A DNA stretch of 64,000 bases, taken from assembly GCA_950097015.1 (NCBI GenBank), contig CATNEN010000033.1, positions 2,666,001 to 2,730,000 on the forward strand, given 5' to 3'. The notes beneath the pieces were generated by a model. That model was given only the letters and a program-made list of their open reading frames with translations. It was not told the origin of the DNA and ran no database searches. This document shows, one piece after another, positions 23,183 to 32,017 of this stretch (position 1 is the first letter of the stretch; the number at the start of each line of letters is the position of its first letter). Source of the DNA: Macrostomum hystrix (lineage: Eukaryota; Animalia; Platyhelminthes). Position numbers and translations under genes: made by a program.

Positions 23183-24001
23183 TCAAACGTATGCCTCCGC
23201 CTCTTCAGCTGCGGCATACAATAGGCAGTCGTCAGCTGGGTCAAATAAACAGCTACTGGCTGCCATCGCTGCCGCTGATGCTGACGCCTCCGCCTCTTCA
23301 GCTGCGGCATACAAAAGCTCGTCATCAGCTGGGTCAAACAAGCAGTTACTGGCTGCCATCGCTGCCGCTGCTGCTGACGCCTCTGCCTCTTCAGCTGCGG
23401 CATACAATAGGCAGTCGTCAGCTGGGTCAAATAAACAGCTACTGGCTGCCATCGCTGCCGCTGCTGCTGACACCTCCGCCTCTTCAGCTGCGGCATACAA
23501 AAGCTCGTCATCAGCTGGGTCAAACAAGCAGTTACTGGCTGCCATCGCTGCCGCTGCTGCTGACGCCTCTGCCTCTTCAGCTGCGGCATACAATAGGCAG
23601 TCGTCAGCTGGGTCAAATAAACAGCTACTGGCTGCCATCGCTGCCGCTGCTGCTGACGCCTCCGCCTCTTCAGCTGCGGCATACAAAAGCTCGTCGTCAG
23701 CTGACTCTAAGCAATTGGCTGCCATCGCCGCTTCGACATCTTCAGCTGCGGCATACAAAAGCTCGTCGTCAGCTGAGTCTAAGCAATTGGCTGCCATCGC
23801 CGCTTCGACCTCTTCAGCTACGGCGTATAACAAATGGTCGTCTGCCAGGCCGAATACAAAACTGTATGTTGAATTGTATGTTTCATCATACCCGTAGTCA
23901 TCATAGCCTGGCTCTTCATTCAGCTCAACGTCATCGTCGTGACAGTTGGATTTTTCCGCATCGTTTAGAGTTGGCCCTGATGATGATGTTGATGTAGGCA
24001 T
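23183..24001 (-). CDS. 272-aa acidic repeat protein, 8 x ADD(E/C/H)LLYAAAEE motif
   Basis: ATG-initiated ORF. Repeat units are 72 and 93 bp (multiples of 3). Minus-strand AATAAA at ~23125. Confidence 0.6.
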   Translation of the reverse strand: MPTSTSSSGPTLNDAEKSNCHDDDVELNEEPGYDDYGYDETYNSTYSFVFGLADDHLLYAVAEEVEAAMAANCLDSADDELLYAAAEDVEAAMAANCLESADDELLYAAAEEAEASAAAAAMAASSCLFDPADDCLLYAAAEEAEASAAAAAMAASNCLFDPADDELLYAAAEEAEVSAAAAAMAASSCLFDPADDCLLYAAAEEAEASAAAAAMAASNCLFDPADDELLYAAAEEAEASASAAAMAASSCLFDPADDCLLYAAAEEAEAYV

Positions 24002-24236
24002 GGCGAGACAATGGGGGCAGTATTTAAAATGTTGAACTTGTTTTATTTACTTCATTAATTGTCCAAAGTTTCAACTGCATTGATTACATATTCCCAATCA
24101 CATAAGATTATCAGCAAGCTTGTTACCATAGACTAGCAATAGGGTTTTTAGTTGGTTACTTTACTAAGGTAAGTGGCGTAACTTATTTACACATTTTAGA
24201 TTCTTAATTATTGTTTCAAATAAAAAAAACTACAAC

Positions 24237-24692
24237 ATGTCATCCCTGGGTGGGCGGCACAATGGCGGAGATCGAGATCGAGATATCGACAGAGAGGATC
24301 ACAACTCTGGCAACGACAAACCGATCTCGTGCCCTACCGTCAGTAGCAGCACAGATGTCGTGATTGGCACTGAGCGACGTCGACGAAGGCACAGCTCGGA
24401 TAGTAGTTCAGACTCGGATTTTGCTATTCTGCCTTCACGTCAACGTGTTCAGTACGTATTGCATCGTCCAGGTGTCGTGCGAATTTACAATCAGAGATTT
24501 TCTATTGTGAACGCCAATCCGACACGTGATTTAGCCGGCCAATTGCAACTGCCGCAGCATGCGCAAGTGACCGATATACAGTCACCAATTGTAAGCAGTA
24601 GCAGCAGCATCAACAATGGCGGCACTGGCACTGAAAGAGAGCGCGGTGATGCCAATCGTGCTGCAAATAACCCAGATTTGAATGACATGTAG
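24237..24692 (+). CDS. 151-aa hypothetical protein (element-borne, duplicated in inverted orientation at 36857-37306)
   Basis: ATG ORF. The second copy is near identical, with in-frame indels and one nonsense change. Confidence 0.5.
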   Translation: MSSLGGRHNGGDRDRDIDREDHNSGNDKPISCPTVSSSTDVVIGTERRRRRHSSDSSSDSDFAILPSRQRVQYVLHRPGVVRIYNQRFSIVNANPTRDLAGQLQLPQHAQVTDIQSPIVSSSSSINNGGTGTERERGDANRAANNPDLNDM

Positions 24693-25205
24693 CAATTGTT
24701 TTGTTAAGCACTGTTTCCATTGCTTATAATGAAATTAATTAACTGATTAATATAATTAGAAGTTTCATGTATTTGATTCATACGTCAGAGTATTTAAAGT
24801 CGACAGTTCATGATACCTGCAAATGTTTTAAACTAGTTTTACATACACTAGCTCTCGTTCACCTTCACGTGGTATATTCAAAGCATAAGAGTTTGCCGTC
24901 ACTATTGACAATATATTGTCGCGTTTACCATTAATCATAATCAGACGACTGATGAGATCAGTCAGTAATAAAATATTAATACGCGAACACAGATGTGTGC
25001 AGGTAGTCAATCGGTTATTATTAATACGGTTTTTATTAAATTTCACCAATACATATAGAGTATAAATATATATAGAATTTCATTGGTTGAACAAATAATC
25101 GTGCTGTTCTACAATTAGTCTGATTTGCAAAGTCGCGAGAGCAAAAATAAACGTGTAAACTATAATACATAAAATTCTGCATATAAATTCTGTATTTTAC
25201 AGCAT

Positions 25206-25586
25206 TCATTGTTCGATGTACCAGTAGCGAACTCCATGTATGGTGAGCTGGAGTTCAGCTTGGGCTTCCTCTAAAAGCTCTAGCACTTCGATGATGTCTT
25301 GTGCTTCATACTCTCTTATACCAGTCACGAACAAGACAGCCTTATAGTCTTCTGCTGACCGGTGCTGTTGCAGCCATTGTTGAGTGCGCCGGAATAATAA
25401 ACATAGCTCATTAGCGTTGCACTCTGCATTTGGAACACCGCGTTGCAAACTAGGTAGCTGCTCGAAGCACCCTCGATGCGCTATGAACCGGCCAATGCAA
25501 TCTATGCGACAGCTGAGAAAGAGTTGAAATATGTGCGGGTGAAGATACATTTGCACTAACTGCATCTGATGGGCAATGAAGGACAT
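25206..25586 (-). CDS. 126-aa helical hypothetical protein, paralogue of 30274-30693
   Basis: Gap-free protein-level similarity to 30274-30693 (C.I.C...F...RG..EQL..LQR..P.AE.N ... L.LLE....ELQ...HG..YW). Confidence 0.7.
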   Translation of the reverse strand: MSFIAHQMQLVQMYLHPHIFQLFLSCRIDCIGRFIAHRGCFEQLPSLQRGVPNAECNANELCLLFRRTQQWLQQHRSAEDYKAVLFVTGIREYEAQDIIEVLELLEEAQAELQLTIHGVRYWYIEQ

Positions 25587-25817
25587 GTTCAGTCAGTTAG
25601 TAAATCAAGTAAAGCAAAAAATAGTTTTGTAAAAAAAATTCTAAACTTTAATCAAAGCCCCCATAGAGTATATTTTATCGAACACAGGTGAGTCAGTCCA
25701 CAGACAAATCAAATGAATACAGGCCAGTCTGGGTATTAAGAACTAGAAATCTTTCTCGGCCAAGAAATCAGCCCACAACCAAAATTCACAGCAAGCAGTA
25801 AAGCAGTCAGCCCTCCG

Positions 25818-26186
25818 ATGTCAACTTTCCCAGTCTTCCCGGCGCCGTTCCGGCAACATATACTGGCTTCCGCCGCCGCCACACTCCAAACTGCGCTGGT
25901 CGAGGCGATGGAGGCGGCCGTCGAGGTGGCGGCGGCGGAGGCTTGGACGCCGGAACGGCGCCGGGCGGATGCCGAGATGGCTGCCGCTATGCGGCGGGTC
26001 CGGGCGGCCATGGTCCGCATGGCCCGGGCCCGCCGCATAGCGGCAGGCCTCGATCCTTATGTGAGTAGTAGATTTCGATTCCTTTCATTTGAATATTTAT
26101 GAACACATCTGCATGGTAACATCTGAGCTAACAAACTAAATGAAACCTAAAAACCATCTTTCATCCCACAGCCGGGTGTCCTATGA
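25818..26186 (+). CDS. Small spliced Ala-rich 'AEAWTP' protein, 85 aa (exon 1 25818-26060, intron 26061-26171, exon 2 PGVL-stop)
   Basis: TAT|GTGAGT donor and ctttcatcccacag|CCG GGT GTC CTA TGA acceptor. The PGVL mini-exon is conserved in all three copies. Confidence 0.65.
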
Positions 26187-27243
26187 TGGACACAGACCGA
26201 GGACCAGAGGACAGTCCAAGAAGTCCAAGGATTGACTGATATGAACCGTAACCGTATGATATGATGATATCATAGTCGTGCATGTGACTGATATGAACCG
26301 CGATATAAACAAAACATTTACAGATTGACTTGTTAAAACTGTTCTGTCATTTTATATCTATCTATATAAAATTTGTGCGACAATTGACAATATCATTATT
26401 GACAATATCATTGACAATAACAATAATAAACAATATATAATACCTGAGGTCATATCAATCTTAGCTTGGATTTCGTTTATTATATGAAATTGTAGGCGTG
26501 CAATAATATAAATATTATCGTGCATTATACAGCCATATAATTAAGTTAGATAAGTTTGAGAAAATAAAGTACAAACGACGAATAAATTATTATACACTTT
26601 CGTATCGCTAGACATAAGATATTCCAAGATGCACTATTAAAACGTGCAGACTATAGGTATGTAGTGCATTAAATTCTGCGTATTTTACCAAAGACATATC
26701 TGCTTGGTACAGCTCGATTTTTTCGCGATTTTTTTTCTTCGTATCCACATTTTTTCCTTCTAAAATACAGTCAGACGTTTTTGGCCATAGACAAAAAAAC
26801 GGCTGCATATAATTCATATTGTATGCAGTATTTTTGCAAAAGTTCTTTAAGTAGCGTGGCTATATCTATGGTATATTCGCGAATATAGCCAGACATTTCA
26901 TCTATAATTAGTGTTTGCGCACTGCCAACTTTTTTTTCGCGAAAGTACATACGTATTCTTAAGTCAAAACGACTATGATCGTTGACTACTTGAGATCTGT
27001 GCATATTGTGCCAGTGGTAAAAAGGTAAGAAGGCTCTTGTGGAAGACAGTATCGTTAGCCATCGTTACCATCAGGCCGTACGTTAGCCAGATTTCAGTTT
27101 TTTTCTGAAAGCTTTCATCTGGCTAACGTACGGCCCGATGATAATGTGAGCATTAGCCAGCCCTGCTCTGCACCCGGACATCCCCGTGTTTCAAAATATA
27201 AATACACAGGACTGCTATGGTATTGTAGTGTATAGTGATTCGG

Positions 27244-27387
27244 TGTGACGGTTCAGTGGTTCACATACTGCGACATGTCACATACTGGTTGAACAGTATA
27301 ATGTATTTTCGCGTCCTTCAACGGAAGCTGCTAAGATATCTGCTGGCTATGTGACATGTCGCAGTATGTGAACCACGAACCGTCACA
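27244..27387. other. 40/41-bp near-perfect inverted repeat with 63-nt loop
   Basis: tgtgacggttcagtggttcacatactgcgacatgtcacata vs tatgtgacatgtcgcagtatgtgaaccacgaaccgtcaca (one bulged base). Confidence 0.85.
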
Positions 27388-27926
27388 TTGCTCTGCACCT
27401 GGTCACCCGTTTTAAAATATAAATAAATAATAAACAAAAATAATTTAGTGTTTGTAATTTGTTTAATTGTTAATAGTACACAACTTCTTATCTTGTTTAT
27501 TCTATCATTAAAATAATATGAACTGAACTGACTGGCGGTTATGCGGTTTACATTGGCGTTGAGACTTATTACAAGACCGACGTAATCGTAATCGATCAGT
27601 CTGAGATATTATGTTTGTATTTATATTGCGCAAAACCTGAGAATAATGAAGTAGACTTAAAACTAAAATTGATGTAAAAAAGAATAGACAGTAGTGGAAT
27701 CAAATCGCTTAGAATCAAATCGCGTAAAAGTATATATTTTTTAGTTTATTATTATATCAACGTATATTAAATCAATCGATTAAATCAAGTTCAGTCTGAA
27801 TTTATTTACAAGTGAGTCGATTATTCAGTTAGCCAGCCAGCCAGTCAGTCAGCCAGCCAATCAGCCAGTAGACAGACAAAGCAGCCCAATCTGAGTTGCA
27901 CGCAGAGCCAATTGAATTGAATGAAA

Positions 27927-29483
27927 TCAATTGCCGCACAGACATTGTCGCGTCTTGATCAATCGGCCGTGTCTTGACACTGTCGTAGTCAATATCTTGT
28001 GTGTGCATATACAATACGAGCGTCTAGATGCATGCAAAGCATCAGTCGCAGGTATAGTCGATTGCGATGACTGCACATCACTTATTGACATTGCGACATC
28101 GTCGTCAAGGTCGGCGGTCAGAACCAATTCTGCTGCGGCATCGGCATCTCCTTGCGGCACTGTCACATCAGATAGCTGTTCATCAGAATCGTTGTTGACA
28201 TCAGCCATGATGATCTCCATTGCGACATCAAACATGTCATCGATGTGACTTGCTTCGGAATGGGCAGCGAAGTCCGATCCAGCAGCAGCAGCAGCAACAC
28301 AATCCGTATTGGTAGACAGAAATTGCATAGCGGCAGGTTGCATCAAGTCGAGCAGAATCTGCGCCATTTCAATGTCATCACCGTGACCGGATGATGTACC
28401 AATACACACTGACTGCGTGCTGACATTGGCTTCGATTGAAACATCGGTCACACCGTTTTGTGCACTGACACCAACTGTCGCTGTTGTTACTCTTGGCGCA
28501 CAGACAGGAATAAAAACAGGTAGCGGCACCGGAACGAAATACGGCACCTCGACAGTTGGAATCGGCAACATAGGCATCGCTGGTGATCCGATTGGCTCAA
28601 TTTGCAACATTGGCATTGATGGCGATGGTACTGGCGAGTGATCCGATTGGATTGTTTCTGCTGCTGCTTCAATCGCATTGTGATTAAGCGGAGTAGATGT
28701 ACAAATTGGATGCCGTACTGATCCAATTGACACGCTGTCCGCTTGGCTCACATGTTCAGCAGGCTCGTCAGTACTTGTTGCATAGATGATGCCTGATTCA
28801 GCTGCGCTATCTTCTATGATGATCGTTTCTGCTGGCTGCTCTGCTGCTGACTGCTCTGCTGATGGCTGCTCTGCTGCTGGCTGCTCTGCTGCTGGCTGCT
28901 CTGCTACTGGCTGCTCTGCTGATGGCTGCTCTGCTGCTGGCTGCTCTGCTGCTGGCTGCTCTGCTACTGGCTGCTCTGCTACTGGCTGCTCTGCTGCTGG
29001 CTGCTCTGCTGCTGGCAGTCGACGGGCAATGTAGCGCTCGTGCATATAGTCGACAATCTCGCCGACCACAGCTGGTAGTGGATCCAGTTGTTCAAGCTGG
29101 ACCACTTCGCCCATTGCCGCTGCTCCCGCCACTGCCACTGGCTGAGCTGGTTGGCCACCGACGCGACGCTGCGGATTCCGCTTACATCTATATAGATGAT
29201 GCAACATGTTGGACGTTATTTTGTTGCAATGCGAACACGCTAGCACACGTCCACCGGCAGCGACATCCACACCAGCCCGCTGTAGTTGCAGCATCTTCCA
29301 GACGGCACTTCCACGCTCCTTAACCGACGCGAATAGCGATGGCCTTTGACCAACAGGTAGGACTGTCCAGTCAAATTCGGCATGGACAGCTTTATGCGCC
29401 TCTATAAAATGTCTTCGCATCATATTGGCGCGGATTTGCTGGCCGCAGAAATGGCAGAAGCGGAGTCCGTTGTTGTCTTCCAT
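27927..29483 (-). CDS. 518-aa protein: N-terminal double zinc finger, PAAEQ pentapeptide repeats, acidic C-terminal half
   Basis: CHFC..NMMRRHF..H..FDW..LP..RP..VWK..CSHC..HLYRCKRNP aligns with exon 1 of the YR gene. 15-bp in-frame repeats at ~28830-29015. Confidence 0.75.
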   Translation of the reverse strand: MEDNNGLRFCHFCGQQIRANMMRRHFIEAHKAVHAEFDWTVLPVGQRPSLFASVKERGSAVWKMLQLQRAGVDVAAGGRVLACSHCNKITSNMLHHLYRCKRNPQRRVGGQPAQPVAVAGAAAMGEVVQLEQLDPLPAVVGEIVDYMHERYIARRLPAAEQPAAEQPVAEQPVAEQPAAEQPAAEQPSAEQPVAEQPAAEQPAAEQPSAEQSAAEQPAETIIIEDSAAESGIIYATSTDEPAEHVSQADSVSIGSVRHPICTSTPLNHNAIEAAAETIQSDHSPVPSPSMPMLQIEPIGSPAMPMLPIPTVEVPYFVPVPLPVFIPVCAPRVTTATVGVSAQNGVTDVSIEANVSTQSVCIGTSSGHGDDIEMAQILLDLMQPAAMQFLSTNTDCVAAAAAGSDFAAHSEASHIDDMFDVAMEIIMADVNNDSDEQLSDVTVPQGDADAAAELVLTADLDDDVAMSISDVQSSQSTIPATDALHASRRSYCICTHKILTTTVSRHGRLIKTRQCLCGN

Positions 29484-29669
29484 TGCAGCTTAAATATAGT
29501 CGTTCGCTGGCTAGCCTGCTGAATAATCGACAGAGTGGTCGTTGTGGCTGAATTTTAATTATCGATTTGCGTGCGCGCGCGCATATATTTACCTAGCACT
29601 GCTCATATCCTGTACAGAGCAGCAGTCAGACACATAGACATAGACAGACATCGTCAACTATTTCCATAT

Positions 29670-29975
29670 ATAGTATTTTCGCGAAAATACTGATATGCTC
29701 TATAAACAAAGGTAAGGGCAGTATTTTTGCAAAAGTTCTTAAAGTAGTATGCATGATTACATCTTTGGTAATTTCGCGAAAATACTGCTATGCTATTAAA
29801 CAAAGGTAGTTGGCGGTATTTTTGCAAAAGTTCTTAAAGTAGTGTGCATGATTACATCTTTGGTATTTTCGCGAAAAGACTGCTATGCTATTAAACAAAG
29901 GTAGTTGGCGGTATTTTTGCGAAAATTCTTAATGTAGTGTGCATGGCTACATCTTATGGTATTATCGCGAATGCA
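29670..29975. repeat. ~95-bp TTTTCGCGAAAA palindrome array, 4 units
   Basis: Same unit as 22245-22695. Confidence 0.9.
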
Positions 29976-30273
29976 GATACGCGGCGGTTGAAGACAATAA
30001 GAAGACAATATTTTTGCGAAAGTACTTTAAGTATTCATGATGACTATATCTAATGGTAATCAATAACCAAATATGACTTGACTTCATTATATTTTATTAT
30101 TATTCATGCCGCGAATACAACTTGCAACAGGTTCACTCATGTATTTTTGCTTGAGCGAATTAATTGGGTTAAATAAATAGCTGGCATTAATTAAACGGCG
30201 AACAGGAAACTACAATTAGCTGTATTAAGTCTACCTAAAACTAGTGCTGCTACTGCTGCTGCTGCTGCTGCTG

Positions 30274-30693
30274 TTACTGCTCAATTCGATATCGGCGGCT
30301 CCGGAGCAACTCTCGCAGTCTAGCCCTTTGCTGTACGCCGCGCCAGTAGTCCAGGCCGTGTAGAATGTGCTGCAGCTCCAAACATGTGTCCTCCAGCAGG
30401 CCTAGCAGCTCGGCCAAGTCGAAGGCCTCGTTCTCTGTTAGGCAGGTCACCTCCAGGATGGTCTCGTAGCCCGCAGCTGTCTTGTGTTGTAGCAGCCAGT
30501 CCAGGAGGCTCTTCATCAGGGTGTGCAGCTGGGTGACGTTCAGCTCAGCAGTCGGGCAGTGGCGCTGCAGGCAGGTTAGCTGCTCCAATCGTCCTCGGTA
30601 AGTCAGGAACGGGGCCAGACAGGCGATGTCGCATCTGGCCAGGAGTGCCACGGTGGCCGGCGAGCCGAACAGCGCCACAGGATGCGCATTCAT
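30274..30693 (-). CDS. 139-aa helical hypothetical protein, paralogue of 25206-25586
   Basis: See paralogue. GC-rich coding-like composition stands out against AT-rich flanks. Confidence 0.7.
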   Translation of the reverse strand: MNAHPVALFGSPATVALLARCDIACLAPFLTYRGRLEQLTCLQRHCPTAELNVTQLHTLMKSLLDWLLQHKTAAGYETILEVTCLTENEAFDLAELLGLLEDTCLELQHILHGLDYWRGVQQRARLRELLRSRRYRIEQ

Positions 30694-31020
30694 CGTGAGT
30701 TCTACACAACCAACAATGTCGTGAGTGCAACAGCAGCGCGTCTAACACTAGCAGAAGTAGAATTAGAATAGGAAGCAGAGTTCTAAATGGAAAGTAAATA
30801 CAGTATTTTCGCGAAGGTAAGGGCAGTATTTTTGCAAAAGTAGCGTGACTACATCTTATGGTATTTTCGCAAATGCAGATACGTATTCTCAGACAAAGTG
30901 ACTTTTTACCATAGACAAATTTAGTGTATTTCTGTAAATTGCCAAAACTCACGAATGAGTTTTTTCGCGAAAAGACAATATGTACTATATTGAATACTTG
31001 TAAATGAAAAATAGTGTCTG

Positions 31021-31625
31021 TTTTTGCGAAAATACTGCTATGCTATTAAACACAGGTAGTTGGTGGTATTTTTGCAAAAGTTATTGAAGTAGTGTGCATG
31101 GCTACATATTATGGTATTTTCGCGAAAATACTGCTATGCTATTAAACAAAGGTAGTTGGCGGTATTTTTGCAAAAGTTATTAAAGTAGTGTGCATGGCTA
31201 CATCTTAAGGTATTTTCGCGAAAATACTGCTATGCTATTAAACAAAGGTAGTTGGCGGTATTTTTGCAAAAGTTATTAAAGTAGGTTATATGCGTGGCTA
31301 TATCTTAAGGTATTTTCGCGAAAATACTGCTATGCTATTAAACACAGGTAGTTGGCGGTATTTTTGCAAAAGTTATTAAAGTAGGTAGTTTGCGTGGCTA
31401 CATCTTATGGTATTTTCGCGAAAATACTGTTATGCTATTAAACACAGGTAGTTGGCGGTATTTTTGCAAAAGTTATTAATTAAGTAGGTTATATGCGTGG
31501 CTATATCTTAAGGTATTTTCGCGAAAATACTGCTATGCTATTAAACAAAGGTAGTTGGCGGTATTTTTGCAAAAGTTCTTAAAGTAGTGTGCATGGCTAC
31601 ATATTATGGTATTTTCGCGAATGTA
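31021..31625. repeat. 96-103-bp TTTTCGCGAAAA palindrome array, 6 full units
   Basis: Palindromes at 31114, 31210, 31310, 31410, 31513 and 31609. Confidence 0.92.
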
Positions 31626-32017
31626 GATACGTATTCTCAGACAAAGTGACTTGTACTTTTTTACCATCGACAAATTTAGTATATTTCTCTGCTAATTGTC
31701 AATAATCACGAATGATTTTTTCGTGTATCTTCGGCTTTTAAGAAAACGAGAATAGTTTAATCTCAGTTTAATCAGATGATAATCAAATGATTTCATTTGT
31801 CAATTTATTTAATTACTAACGAAATAATCACAGTGTTGACAATCATTAGCATCTTAACAATATATAAGAGAGCAACAAACAGAACATATGAGATTCTCGG
31901 TTGTAAAGGGACGGGTATTAGTGGGGGTATCACAATTGACACAATTGATAATAGTTTGGCAAATCAGACAATCAGCACATATTAAGTCAGGTGACACGAC
32001 TGGGACAATATGAGCAT

